Source: Perkinsela sp. CCAP 1560/9
Taxonomy: Eukaryota; Protista; Euglenozoa: Kinetoplastea
Direction of reading: 5' to 3'
NCBI GenBank assembly: GCA_965644495.1
Contig: CBFFSA010000014.1
Coordinates: 62,001-126,000, forward strand
Length of the DNA: 64,000 bases
Position numbers and translations under genes: made by a program. A model generated the notes under the pieces. The model was not told the DNA's origin. It worked only from the letters and a program-made list of their open reading frames with translations, and searched no databases. Below, piece by piece: positions 35,652 through 46,441 of this stretch; positions within the stretch are counted from its first letter, which is position 1; the number at the start of each line of letters is the position of its first letter.

Positions 35652-38528
35652 CTAGCCTTCGGCCAAGACACCCAGCGATTCCTGCCACGACCTACTCCTC
35701 AACATCGCCTTAAGATAGCGCGACAAGAAAAAACCACAATGAGAGAACGTGTAGTACGGCGTCACACGTGGGAACAAAACCAGAGAATCACGAGGGCCTG
35801 ATTTTTTTACTTTCTTCTTTTCCTCCTCCTCCCCTTCCCAATGTGAACCCGAGGGCGGTTTCCAGGGTGCACCGTAGCGCTGGTGCGTGCGGAGAGGTCC
35901 AAACAAGCTCCCGGAGCGAAGTCGAAATATCAAGACCCGCTGGAGTCGAAGCGCGACCTCCCACTGCCCCCGGTGAAGCGCCAAACAGGCACACTCCTCC
36001 AGGAGCAGCGGGGAGAAATAAGTGGGAGAAATTTCAAAGTGAAATTCTTTTACGGAAGAAGTAGGACCCATAGGCCCCGTACTGAAAGTAAAATGTTGCG
36101 AAAGCAACAGGAGCGCATTCTCCCAGTCTCCCCTTTGTAAGGTTCGTGTAAGGAACATATCGGGAAGATAGTGAAGAATCGTAGGGAGAAAAGAATTTGA
36201 ATTTTCTTGTAAAAGAAAATCCAAGTTCTTTTTGTTTTGGTCCTCGTGAGGGTTTGGTAGGTTCGAAGTCATGTTTGAAGAGAAACGTTGATGCTTCTCT
36301 TTTTTGTGGAACTCGTGAGAGGTTGTCGTGTGGGGCTTACCGCGTAAAGAGGGATAGGTGCGTGCGTAGATTTGAAAAGCACGGTGCCATAGCAGAGGCT
36401 GGGGGGAGAGGAGTAACGCGATCCATAGCACAGCGCGAAGATGCAGGGAAAGGGATTTTTTGTTTTCGACTAGAATGGATCCGTAGTTGCGCCAGAGCGT
36501 GAGAGTGGCACTCCAATGGCCACGCGCGCAAAGATGGAGAAAAGTGAGAGCTACGTAGGATTTTGTGCAATGGAACGTCGCTTTACACAGATTTCTGTGA
36601 GATTCTTCCCGATTCTTTGTTCTGAAAAATAGGTTTCTACGCCCCCGATGCAAAGAAGATTCAGAAGAAGTACTTTTCTTTTCGCTCTTATTTGGGTGAT
36701 TGACCTGTCGTGCGTTGGGTACACCATGGGAAAGATGAAGCAAATATTTTGTTGCAACGCTCAAAAGTGAGCCGGAAGAATCTTCGGTTTGATCTCTCAC
36801 ATCTGGCTTTTCGAGTGGTGTATTGCTTTCGTCATCCGGATCGGTGAGATATTCACCATCTGTGATTTGAACTTCAAGATTCAAAGAATCAGTAGAAGAA
36901 GTGTGTTTCGTATTTGAATCTTTTTTATTTTCTTTCCTATAAGCCATGAAGATAATCATACAGAGAGCGGGAACCAGATAACGGCTGCCTTTTCTTGTGC
37001 ACGTAGCTAAAAGATGATTTAAAGAGAGTCTAACCTTCTTCTCATCCGGAACTTGTAACAGTAAGTGAATAAAACTGTGGAGCAAAGTGCTGGACGCCTT
37101 CGTCCTCAAAAAAATAGATTGCAGACGCCAAATCAAACCAAGGCTTGTTCTCGTTTCTGATTTCACTCCTTGGGAGACCTTTGTAGCGTTCTCCAGAGAG
37201 GATTGCCAAGAAACTGAATGAATTCGCGACAAAGCATTGAGAACTGTGATCCACATATTGTGTGACTTTACTAAAAGATTGCTATGTTGCGTTGTGCAGA
37301 ATTTTCCCCTATCGTTGCCTGCCGAAGCTACGCGTACTATAGAAAAATAAAACAACAACAACTCAGAGAAGCGAACGGACCAGGCATGACACATGTCTCC
37401 ACATGAAAGAGGATGCTGATTGAGGGTAATAAAAGAGGCATTCGAGAAAACCCAGTCACACAGGAAGGATAGCAGCATGATCTCTCTGGAGCTGTTCGCA
37501 GTGCCTTTCAACGCCAATGTTGAAGAGTGCTGAAAAAAAGTTATAGCAGTGGGAAAACTTGGGAAATGTACCATCATCCACTGTAGAGCAGCTTCCCAAA
37601 CACTCTTCGAAGGTGATGTTAGTGTTGTAGTGCTATGGTTAAAAATACACTTGTTCGTCTTTACTTTATAATTTGAGTTCAATTGCGCGTCCCCTTTTCT
37701 TGAATCAAAAAGAGTGCTCCATACGTTATGCAAAAAAGACCTTCGAAAACATGCCACTTCACATACTAGAAGACGGTGGCAGTTTTGTGCAATTTTGCTA
37801 ATGGATCCTGAGTACCTTAAGTTAACGCCTTTCGAATTGCGTTTCCTCAGACCGAAGAGAGCTTCGGAATCTGCATGTTGCAGGCAAAGCACTAAGGCCT
37901 CAAAATTGTTGAAATTACACAGTTGTCCTTGACGGGTACGGCGTAGAAGAATCTCAAAACATGTTTTCCACATGGGAGCATGTTCTGATGAAGAACGTAA
38001 GACGCGACCCTCCGCGTCTTCTCCTTCTCGCTCAAATATCCTCAAATATTCGCCATTAAGAAAATCAGTTTTATCGCTTTTGATTTTGTTAACTGTTTTC
38101 TCGAGAGACGAGATCCCGAATTCGTTGTAAAAACTTGGAGAGACCATTTTCTCCAACCTTTCATGTACGAGCATGTACTTTTCGTATGTGTTCGGAATCC
38201 CTTCATGTAAAATCCATACGCTTCGGGTTCCTGTGCTGCGTGTTGCAAGGCGTATCCTTTGACTGCATTCCCGCCCAGCAATTGTTGAATAAATTCTTCC
38301 AACTCCATATTTTGCAAATGAGTTGGAAAGGTTCCAATCATTTGTTTTTATATCGTGCTCAATTAATCTTTTCAAGATAACGTTGCTAATGTCTAACAAT
38401 GAAGAACAAGGGGCTCTGTCGCGAAGAGGCTCTTCGGTTGCGCGAAGTGCATTGTTGATGTCGTCAAGCAGAAGCTGAAAATACCCAGTATACTTGTCGA
38501 TGTTTTGAAAGACGCGAAACAGAGCCAT
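35652..38528 (-). CDS. Large hypothetical protein with repeated WxxALxL helices (divergent PPR-like)
   Basis: 958-aa ORF; WEAALQW, WSATLTL, WENALLL, WEVALRL, WQESLGVL. Confidence 0.7.
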   Translation of the reverse strand: MALFRVFQNIDKYTGYFQLLLDDINNALRATEEPLRDRAPCSSLLDISNVILKRLIEHDIKTNDWNLSNSFAKYGVGRIYSTIAGRECSQRIRLATRSTGTRSVWILHEGIPNTYEKYMLVHERLEKMVSPSFYNEFGISSLEKTVNKIKSDKTDFLNGEYLRIFEREGEDAEGRVLRSSSEHAPMWKTCFEILLRRTRQGQLCNFNNFEALVLCLQHADSEALFGLRKRNSKGVNLRYSGSISKIAQNCHRLLVCEVACFRRSFLHNVWSTLFDSRKGDAQLNSNYKVKTNKCIFNHSTTTLTSPSKSVWEAALQWMMVHFPSFPTAITFFQHSSTLALKGTANSSREIMLLSFLCDWVFSNASFITLNQHPLSCGDMCHAWSVRFSELLLFYFSIVRVASAGNDRGKFCTTQHSNLLVKSHNMWITVLNALSRIHSVSWQSSLENATKVSQGVKSETRTSLGLIWRLQSIFLRTKASSTLLHSFIHLLLQVPDEKKVRLSLNHLLATCTRKGSRYLVPALCMIIFMAYRKENKKDSNTKHTSSTDSLNLEVQITDGEYLTDPDDESNTPLEKPDVRDQTEDSSGSLLSVATKYLLHLSHGVPNARQVNHPNKSEKKSTSSESSLHRGRRNLFFRTKNREESHRNLCKATFHCTKSYVALTFLHLCARGHWSATLTLWRNYGSILVENKKSLSLHLRAVLWIALLLSPQPLLWHRAFQIYARTYPSLRGKPHTTTSHEFHKKEKHQRFSSNMTSNLPNPHEDQNKKNLDFLLQENSNSFLPTILHYLPDMFLTRTLQRGDWENALLLLSQHFTFSTGPMGPTSSVKEFHFEISPTYFSPLLLEECACLALHRGQWEVALRLQRVLIFRLRSGSLFGPLRTHQRYGAPWKPPSGSHWEGEEEEKKKVKKSGPRDSLVLFPRVTPYYTFSHCGFFLSRYLKAMLRSRSWQESLGVLAEG

Positions 38529-38816
38529 TCATGTATCATCTTATGTTACACTCCATTCTGTAGCTTTCTTTGAACCTCTCCACATTTTTCAAAGAGTGTT
38601 TTCAAACAAATTAAGAAAAACATTTTGTTTCGCATTAAAAGTTATTTACACACAGACCTCTTTCATCGACATATTTGCCGTAATCCCAGCTCCATTCCCT
38701 TTTTCACCCATAAACCATGTACCATCTCTGTACTATATATCATTTCCACCCACCCCATCTCATCGCTCTTCTCGCCCCTTCATTCATCCCTCTCCCCTTT
38801 TTCCTCTCTTTTTACC

Positions 38817-40562
38817 TCACACGCTCTTCCCCCACCCCACCTCACCCTCTTTTTCCCCGACCCCCTGTCTTTCCTCCCTGTCCTTCCCCCTCCCCTCCCA
38901 GAGCTCTCTCAGCCGCTCCCGTGTCTCCCGGAGGTACGCCACCCCCTCCGGTACCCCACTGACGAAACACCCTGGGGTGGTTCGTCGGTTCCACCGGAAC
39001 AAGTCCCGGGAGGCCTGGGAGGCGCTTTCCCTACGCCGGCCCTGTTCCTCCTCGGTAACGAGTCCCGTTGGGAGAGGGGAACCAAAGGTCCAGAGCCACT
39101 CCCCGGGGGTAAAGCATGGGAAAGAAGAATAAGAAGATAAAGAAGAAGAAGAAGAAACAGACGAATCTGTTCCGCTACTCCTTTGTAATGGTGGATTACC
39201 CATAACAAAGGGAGCAGAAGAAGCAGAAACCGACGAATCGGTTCCACTCCTCTCTCGCAGTGATGGATTACCCATACCAGAGGGAGCAGGAGAAGTCGAA
39301 ACCGACGAATCGGTTCCGCTACTCCTTTGCACGGCTGGGTTACCCACACTGGGGGGTGGAGACTCCCGGGTCGTACACGGGAGCATGGCCCCCCGGTACG
39401 CGCTGCGGTACTCCACCCGTAGGGGCGTCCCGGGGGGGATGGCCCGGGTAGCGAGGAGACGGAGGTAGCGGCGGGTGTGGGGAGGGGGTTTGATTTTATT
39501 ATGGATGTCCCGGTGAGGGGAGTGGTGGATTCGAGTGTCCCGGTTAGGGATGTCTATGGGGGTGTCTGTTTTAGGGGCTATATCCCTTTGTTTGTCATAT
39601 TTGTGGATGTTCGTTTGTTTATCCTTTTTATGGGTATTCCCTTTGAGTTGGACGTACACCAGTTGGACGTTTTGTGTTTTTTCACCTCCTGGGGGGAGGA
39701 GAGGTTGAAAAGGGGAGTGGAAGGGGGTTAAGGGGTTGCGGGGTAACCGAGGGGTAGTCGAGAGGAAGGGGCATAGAGCCACGTGGGAGGGTTGGAGGCT
39801 GGAGGGCAAGGTAAAAGTCGTGGGGGGAGAAGAACCGAGGTTAGGTTGGGGTAAATGAAAGACAAATTGACGTGCGTAGGCGTGGGCGTGGAAAAGAAGA
39901 GAGGAGTTCCACTTCAACGGAAGAGAAGCGGAAGCACATCCGCGCAGAAAAGATGGAGATGTGAACCATACAGGTTGATGCATAGCAAAACACTCTGACC
40001 ATAGCATATTCATGATGTCGTTGTTCCGGCAAGCTAGATAAAGATAGCGATCTTGGTCCACCTTTTCGAGCAAAATGGTTTCCAACGCCTGTCGTGCTTC
40101 TGTTTCGCCTAAAATGCGACCAACTGGCCCAAAGTACTCCTTTTGCGAGAGCTTTGCGTCAAATAGTGGTAGACCCTTACTTTGAATTGGAGTAAAAGCA
40201 TTTTTCCTGGAAACTGATGGTACAACTAATAGGGTACTCCATGTAGAACGCCACATCGACTTGCTATACATACTGAATGCGGTCAACAATAGTACCTCAC
40301 GGCTGTATGCGATTTCGGTGTTTTGTACAAGAGGCAGACTGACGGAATTTAGCATACTTTTAACTTTGTCGGGGATAACTGGAGAGCGAAGCACGTAAGG
40401 CACTGTAACAACGAAAGGACACAAAGAATCTGTAGAAGATTGATTAAGACGTACCTGCCTCTTATGGAATGGAATATTAAGCAACACCTCACCTCTACAA
40501 AATGACCGTCTGGATGTGAATCGCGTTCCTCTAATTTTGATACTTTGTAGTCCAAGAGACAT
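38817..40562 (-). CDS. Degenerate SET-domain-like protein with three 24-aa repeats
   Basis: RGTRFTSRRSFCRGEVLLNIP and LLATRAIPPGTPLRVEY resemble SET N- and C-terminal motifs; NH motif absent; 72-bp repeats at ~39140-39350. Upstream ORF extension overlaps TE DNA. Confidence 0.6.
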   Translation of the reverse strand: MSLGLQSIKIRGTRFTSRRSFCRGEVLLNIPFHKRQVRLNQSSTDSLCPFVVTVPYVLRSPVIPDKVKSMLNSVSLPLVQNTEIAYSREVLLLTAFSMYSKSMWRSTWSTLLVVPSVSRKNAFTPIQSKGLPLFDAKLSQKEYFGPVGRILGETEARQALETILLEKVDQDRYLYLACRNNDIMNMLWSECFAMHQPVWFTSPSFLRGCASASLPLKWNSSLLFHAHAYARQFVFHLPQPNLGSSPPTTFTLPSSLQPSHVALCPFLSTTPRLPRNPLTPFHSPFQPLLPPGGEKTQNVQLVYVQLKGNTHKKDKQTNIHKYDKQRDIAPKTDTPIDIPNRDTRIHHSPHRDIHNKIKPPPHTRRYLRLLATRAIPPGTPLRVEYRSAYRGAMLPCTTRESPPPSVGNPAVQRSSGTDSSVSTSPAPSGMGNPSLRERSGTDSSVSASSAPFVMGNPPLQRSSGTDSSVSSSSSLSSYSSFPCFTPGEWLWTFGSPLPTGLVTEEEQGRRRESASQASRDLFRWNRRTTPGCFVSGVPEGVAYLRETRERLRELWEGRGKDREERQGVGEKEGEVGWGKSV

Positions 40563-40944
40563 ATAAAAAAGATGGTCCGAAGTACCACGCTTTGGATAAG
40601 GTTTAGGAAAGCTAATTGTCACATGTAACGACTGACCTACATTATTGAGAATGAATCGCTTATGTACAAGCTTGTATTTCCGGAAGATTAGAATACAAAA
40701 ACTCCCCCCTCCTTTAATATGCACAAAATTGTGCATAGAGCAGGTTCGTAAAGTGAAGCCCACGGGGGCAAATTTGCTTTTTTTTGTGATTTTGAGGTAC
40801 GCGCTCGTATACAAGTAAATAAGAAGGTTGAAACCTATGAAAGACAAAACCTGGAAAAACCCGCATGTTCCTCATTGACGTGGCGAAGAAAAGTACTTTG
40901 TCAAAATTAGTGAAGAACACACTTGGTCTCCATCGTGCGCTGCA

Positions 40945-41272
40945 AAATATTTTTTGCGCTACAAAAAATGAAAATTTTGAAAAAAATATTTTTCGAAATA
41001 ACCCACCAGAAGGGGTAGCCGAGGTCTTGGCGCACATTTTTCACCCCCGTACTCGGGGATGACCCCCCCTGGTATCAACAGCACGGGGCCATCAAGTTCG
41101 GTTTCTTCTGAGTAAAAAATTGAAAACAAAGTCAACTTGGCGAAGAAGATGGCTTAAAAAATAGTTTTTCAAAATTGCTTAACCTATTGTATTTTGAGAG
41201 TTTGGGAACTGTACTAGCTTTCGACGCCGTTGTTTTCATAAGATACCCTTTCTTGAAGCCGTGACACGCCTC
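40945..41272 (-). mobile_element. Family A internal fragment
   Basis: Reverse-complement match to the family A body. Confidence 0.7.
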
Positions 41273-41392
41273 CCGAAATGACGCCCCAAAAATATAGGTG
41301 TCGTGGCAAAACCTGGCAAAACCCGGCAAAGCTTAACACGTTTCAACCCTCTAACTATCTCTTTATATAATAATAATAAAAAAGAAATTTAT

Positions 41393-42976
41393 CATTGTAA
41401 GTTCAGTATGATGAGAAATTCAAAACAAATTGGAAACAAATTTGAGAAATGGAAGAGTACATGTGTTTCTTTTCCATTATATACTCAATACATGATGTAG
41501 TGGAACTTAGCGTAAGCGAATCCGACAGTGACTAATAGATCCTGTGCATCTACAATGTAGATAAAAAGAAACAGAAGTATAAATACAGGGGCTACTAAAG
41601 GCGAGGTGAGTCTCCAATTTGTAAAAATGAAAACAAGCAACTGTGTATATTTTTAAGCCCAAAACTAGCAATTGTATGTAAAACAGGTCGCAAACATGAA
41701 ACAATAAAAAATTGTCCAATTTTGAAAATACAGTTCTCCCTATTCAGTATATAGCAGGGCCCGCGGAAACTTTTTAAAAGCTAAAAAAAGTTTTTCAGAT
41801 CATCGAAAGCGCTTTAAAAACGCTTTTCGAGCTCTTTTTAGCTTTCGAGAGCACCTTTACCCTGCGGACACACCTACAGGCGAAAACTTCGTCAGGAGGG
41901 GGGTCTAAAATTCGTAAAAATTGTCCAATTTCGGAAATACAGCTCCTCCTATTCAGTGTTTACACTGTTTAGTAGACTGTAGTACAAGTTTTAGACTCCC
42001 CAAGTCCGACTTCAAAACCCTTCTCTACGTATTTCTGTGTAAATCATGGTTTGACGGTCAGGCCGTTAAACAGAAGTTTGTTTCGTGTCCGCATATCACG
42101 TAATCGGAGCCAATTGTGTTTGGTGTTTGTTGGGAGGCTACCGAGGCCACTATCTTTACGTAAAAGAAAACTTTTTTAACACTTTTTACATTCCAGAGTT
42201 TTCCAACACAACGTTGGGTGGAGGAGGAAACGGAATTATACTTGTAAATTGATTACGTGACAAATTGATCGAATCGATGCTAGAAGAAATCCCTTGGACG
42301 TCGGCAATCCCTTCAAATTGGTTATCATGCAACCATAATGTTGATAGCTGAGGTGGAAGAGAGTCAAATTGCAAAGTTCCGGAAAACCAGTTTTCTCGGA
42401 AAGAGAAAAAATGAGCACTGGACGGAAGCGTGGTGAGGTCTAACGTACCCGAAAGATGATTGGCTGCCAATATCAGCGTTCTTAAGGTTTGCGGCAAGGT
42501 ACTTGTCAGCACGTTTCCCACTAACTTGTTAAAAGAAAAGGACAGATATACGAGGCAAGGTGGAAGCTGATCAATTCCATGAGCAGTACAAATCTTATTA
42601 TGAGAAAGCATTATCTTGGATAGAGTACGAGGGACATATTGCAAATTAATAGAGCCAGAAAGGTTTTCTTTTTCCCATGAAAGGTCTTGAACTGTTTCAT
42701 TGACACATTCGATGCCTTTCCAAGAACAGGCATCTGTTTCAACAGTCCATGAGGCGTCGCATCCTGATAGGTTGGCAATCATTCGCGCAAGGTGAAAAGC
42801 GGGCGGAAGTACTGCACCGCGTACCCTTCCTGCTCGGGTAGAGAGCGCTGGACTTTCATCCCTCTGAAAGGATAGCTGCATGCGATAAAAAACAACTGAT
42901 TTAGTAAAACTAGGTTCTTTAAAACTAGGTTTTATTGAAAGAATTGTGTTCTACTAAAACGGTGTCAACATGATGA
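41393..42976 (+). repeat. Recent 1.6-kb direct duplication, copy 1 (copy 2 at 50923-52490)
   Basis: Near-identical sequence at offset ~9530. Confidence 0.95.
42186..42881 (-). CDS. Leucine-rich repeat protein (duplicate 1)
   Basis: 231 aa; RAGRVRGAVLPP..SW...ACSWKGIEC cap plus LRRs. Confidence 0.9.
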   Translation of the reverse strand: MQLSFQRDESPALSTRAGRVRGAVLPPAFHLARMIANLSGCDASWTVETDACSWKGIECVNETVQDLSWEKENLSGSINLQYVPRTLSKIMLSHNKICTAHGIDQLPPCLVYLSFSFNKLVGNVLTSTLPQTLRTLILAANHLSGTLDLTTLPSSAHFFSFRENWFSGTLQFDSLPPQLSTLWLHDNQFEGIADVQGISSSIDSINLSRNQFTSIIPFPPPPNVVLENSGM

Positions 42977-43669
42977 AATTTACGGCGTATACCGTGTCCC
43001 GTACATACCGGGACCGTATATACCCCTTGACTTTGCACGACGAATAATCGTCGATGTCCCGACAAGAACGGTTTTATGCAAAGTGAAGGGGTGGGCATTG
43101 TCGTGAAATAACACTAAAAAGTTGAAAAATCCGTAAAAAACACTAACAAAACCCGATAACTGGAGGCATTAATGGCGGACTCCTATGAGGTTAGCTACCA
43201 AGTAAGGGCCGTATGACTAATAACATCCCTTTATGAGAGATAAATATAATGTAAATCGTATTACTCCACTGCACGAGTAACCCTCGATGTCCCTACTGTG
43301 TTAGTTAAAACCTACATAACGAACTAGAACCTGTATAACGAACTAACTGATTTCCGATAGGGGAAAATAGGGCATCTTTGGAATGGAGTTGGAAAGATTG
43401 TACTATCCCATCTTCACAAGAGAAATTTAAACGGAAGCAAGATAATGACGAAAAAAATCTTTCAACCTCGAAACGTTTTAGCATACCACCTTTGGTATGC
43501 TGCGCAGAAGGGGTAGCCGGGTCTTGACCCGCATTTTCCACTCTTACCAGGGGGAGACCCCCCCTGGTATCTGCAGGACGGGTCCGCCACGGTCGGATTT
43601 TTTCAGAAAACACTTTCATTCCACCTATTGTATTTTGATAGCCTGGGACTCTACTACAGTAGTGTAGTA

Positions 43670-44999
43670 CAGGGGTGAACAGAAATCTTGCCCCCCTCTC
43701 GAAAATATGATTTTTTTTATCTGTTTTTGCTCATCTTTGCAGCATTGGAGAGATCTCGCTTTCCTAGCGAAAGGCTTTGCCGCCTTTTTTTCGTAGGGAC
43801 CCCCTGGTGCTCATACGGCGACCCGAAAATCGACCAAAAACAAGATTTTGGAAAACTCAGATTTTGAAAATTACATGGGAAAATGCGTTTAAAGTGAACC
43901 AATATTCGCAAGTTTACAGTTTTTCAAAAAAGAAAATCCTTTTTTTCTCATACTCTAAACTTTTCTTAACTTGTACATGCTTACTTCTTACAAATGAACG
44001 CATGCACGGAATTGCTTCGAATTTACTAAAACTTTAAACAATGGATAACCCCGTTACACTTCAAACTTCCGGTGCATACCTCTGCTTATGCTTGTATTCG
44101 GTATCCTTCTTTTCCAGCCTCCGACCTGGAACAACACTGTCCCGCTTCAGATGCTTTTTGGCCATGGAGTTAGCGCACTCCATAGTGCTCGTGTGCACAC
44201 CTTCAGTTGTAATCCACTGTCTTTTGTAGCTAACACTTTCGCTTTTTTTACCAGAAATGAGAAAAGTGCGAATATTGGTTCAGTTTCACCGAAAATGCAG
44301 AAAATGCCGATCAGTAAGAACTAATACGTGATTTAAACTTTATAGATTAGTACCCAGAATGTCCGCCGTCATTTTCTAATACTATTCGGAGTCTTTTGGG
44401 AACTGAGTTAATTGTATTCATTACTTTTTGCTTTTCTGGAGATCTTTTTATGGCATTGAACGCCTTTTTTATGGCCTCTATGAGTGTTTCGTGGTTGTGT
44501 GCCTTAAATTTGTTCAACACAATGTTGTTCATTTGACCCCAAACGTTTTCTACGGGGTTAAGGTAGGGGGAATTTGGGGGCTAGTCCAACATTTGAATAT
44601 TCTCGTTGGTCAATTTAGATTTTACCATATTACTATCCCCCCCTATCGTAGCGTTGCCTGGTTTCGGGAAAAAGTAACGCTAATGAGGGGGGGTACCGAG
44701 GCAACGCTAGGATAGGGGGGATAGTATGTGTATTGGCGGTGTCCATTTGTACCACTACATCGTGTACATGACCCGTAAGGTACTCTAAGAAACCGTTTGA
44801 TTTATAAAAAGATTGAAGAATCACTTCCCCAGTGACCTTATGTGCATTCTCGTATGTGCACCCGTCGTTGGGCTCAAAAACGTGTAAAAATAGCCCATGA
44901 TCAATACTTGTACCTATCCAAGCCATTACCCCCTTCCCCCCATACCACCTCCGATTTCTTCGGCGTGGTTTTCTTGGGCTAGATTTCTGTTCACCCCTG
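43670..44999 (-). mobile_element. Internally deleted Tc1-like element (DD32E transposase C-terminal half)
   Basis: TIR caggggtgaacagaaatct at both ends, TA TSD; WYGGKGVMAWIG..MDTANTH..D*PPNSPYLNPVENVW..GGHSGY. Confidence 0.85.
44633..44724. mobile_element. 92-bp MITE, TA TSD
   Basis: ctatccccc..tagcgttgcct / aggcaacgcta..gggggatag; removing it restores the transposase frame. Confidence 0.85.
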
Positions 45000-45159
45000 T
45001 ACAACCTACCTATGTGGTAGTGTAGCCTTCTGCAACATTATTGTCAGAAGATACATCTTTTTGGGAGCCGTGGCATGCCTCCCAAAATGACCCAATTTTG
45101 ACCAAAATATGCGAAAAATCAATTTTTCCCCAAAGGGGTCTTTCTGTGTTGGAAAATCG

Positions 45160-45390
45160 AGTTGGCCATTATTTTGGCTCAAAACCCAGTTGGCTACCCT
45201 CTGAAAGTGTGACCAGCTGGCCATCCCACGAAAAAATGGCCAGCTGGCCACCTCCTGAAAAAGTGGCCATCTGGCTATCACCTGAAAAAGTCGCCAGCAG
45301 ACCACCTCGTGAAAAAATGGCCAGCTAGCAACTCTCTGAAAAAGTGGCCAGCTGGCTACCTCGTGGGAAAGTGGCGAGCTGGCCACTTTT
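45160..45390. repeat. 27-bp minisatellite (~8 units) with palindromic core tggccagctggcca
   Basis: Repeated gaaaaagtggccagctggccacctcct. Confidence 0.85.
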
Positions 45391-45598
45391 TTAAGATGTT
45401 GCGATTGATCTTACTGGACAAAAACAACCTAAATTAAGCAATTGGTTTCTCGAAAAAAACAACACCTTTTGCTTCACACTTCTTGTTTACACATTTTATC
45501 AAAAACATTTAATTTTTGTTTGCACAAACAACGTTTAGTGAAGCCAGTTTCTTTGACTGTAATTTTTCTTTGACTGTACATTCTTGAATCAATTGTTT

Positions 45599-46171
45599 CT
45601 ATGTTTTGATAATTTTAGTCTCTTTCGTGAATAGTGCTAATGATTTTGGAAGTTGTGCCATCTGTACGACTCCATAGAGAGAGGTATTGAAGCCCAGATG
45701 TAGAAAGCGCAAGTTCGGAGGAAGATTAGAAAGATCAACTTCACCTGTAAAAACGTTTCCCTGAAGATCAATAACTAACATAGAAGTCGGGAGCACCGTA
45801 AAATCTAAACCACCGCTCATTTTATTTCCTGGAGCGTTCAGAAACGTCATCCCCCGAGGAAGCAATTTAAAGTCCAATGGGCCATGTAAACTATTGTAGA
45901 ACACGTGAAGAACCAGCAGCGTACACGGTGCAGAAGCCCACTGTAACTTTCCTGATAGGTTTTCAGAACCCCAGCATATATCTGTCACTTTCTCCTTGTC
46001 ATTGCATGTTACGCCATGCCAGTGGCAAGCAGGTACATCGGATTTCCATGTAGAGTGAGGAGGCTCTATGTCCTTGACAAATCTCTCAAGCTCGTACTCT
46101 TGTGGAAGACCTGCGTGACGTACTTTTGAGGTCCGAGCTTCGGAGCGATCATCTTGTAGTGCGCCGTGCAT
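45599..46171 (-). CDS. Leucine-rich repeat protein (short)
   Basis: 190 aa; KVRHAGLPQEYEL..PACHWHGVTC cap plus ~4 LRRs. Confidence 0.9.
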   Translation of the reverse strand: MHGALQDDRSEARTSKVRHAGLPQEYELERFVKDIEPPHSTWKSDVPACHWHGVTCNDKEKVTDICWGSENLSGKLQWASAPCTLLVLHVFYNSLHGPLDFKLLPRGMTFLNAPGNKMSGGLDFTVLPTSMLVIDLQGNVFTGEVDLSNLPPNLRFLHLGFNTSLYGVVQMAQLPKSLALFTKETKIIKT

Positions 46172-46441
46172 AGCTATTCAAGCAATATCTTGAAAGACCA
46201 CAAAAAAAGAAAATTCGATGTTCGAAACGTTATAGCAGAAAATGACAGGTATCTATTGTCGCCTTACATTTTATAATTTTCTTTTTACGACAAGACAAAA
46301 AATTGCTCAAGAAATCTGAGAGCATTATCTGGTTAGAGCGTTCTCAAAACGGGTTTGCGCCAAGTGATCTACAGCTCGTTCGAGAGCACGGAGGTTCGAG
46401 CTTTTAGGAACACTGGTTCGAAAATTTACGTCAGAATTCCA

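Larger units (their letters stand above)
43503..45170 (-). mobile_element. Family A fragment interrupted by a Tc1 element
   Basis: Family A sequence at 43503-43655 resumes at ~45020-45170. Confidence 0.6.

Noticed and set aside
41350-41392. Helitron-like 5' end (tctctttatataata) beside the duplicated LRR block
   Set aside because: No matching hairpin-CTRR 3' end found; AT-rich similarity alone is weak.
46330-46425. A-box/B-box-like motifs suggesting a tRNA
   Set aside because: No cloverleaf could be drawn.
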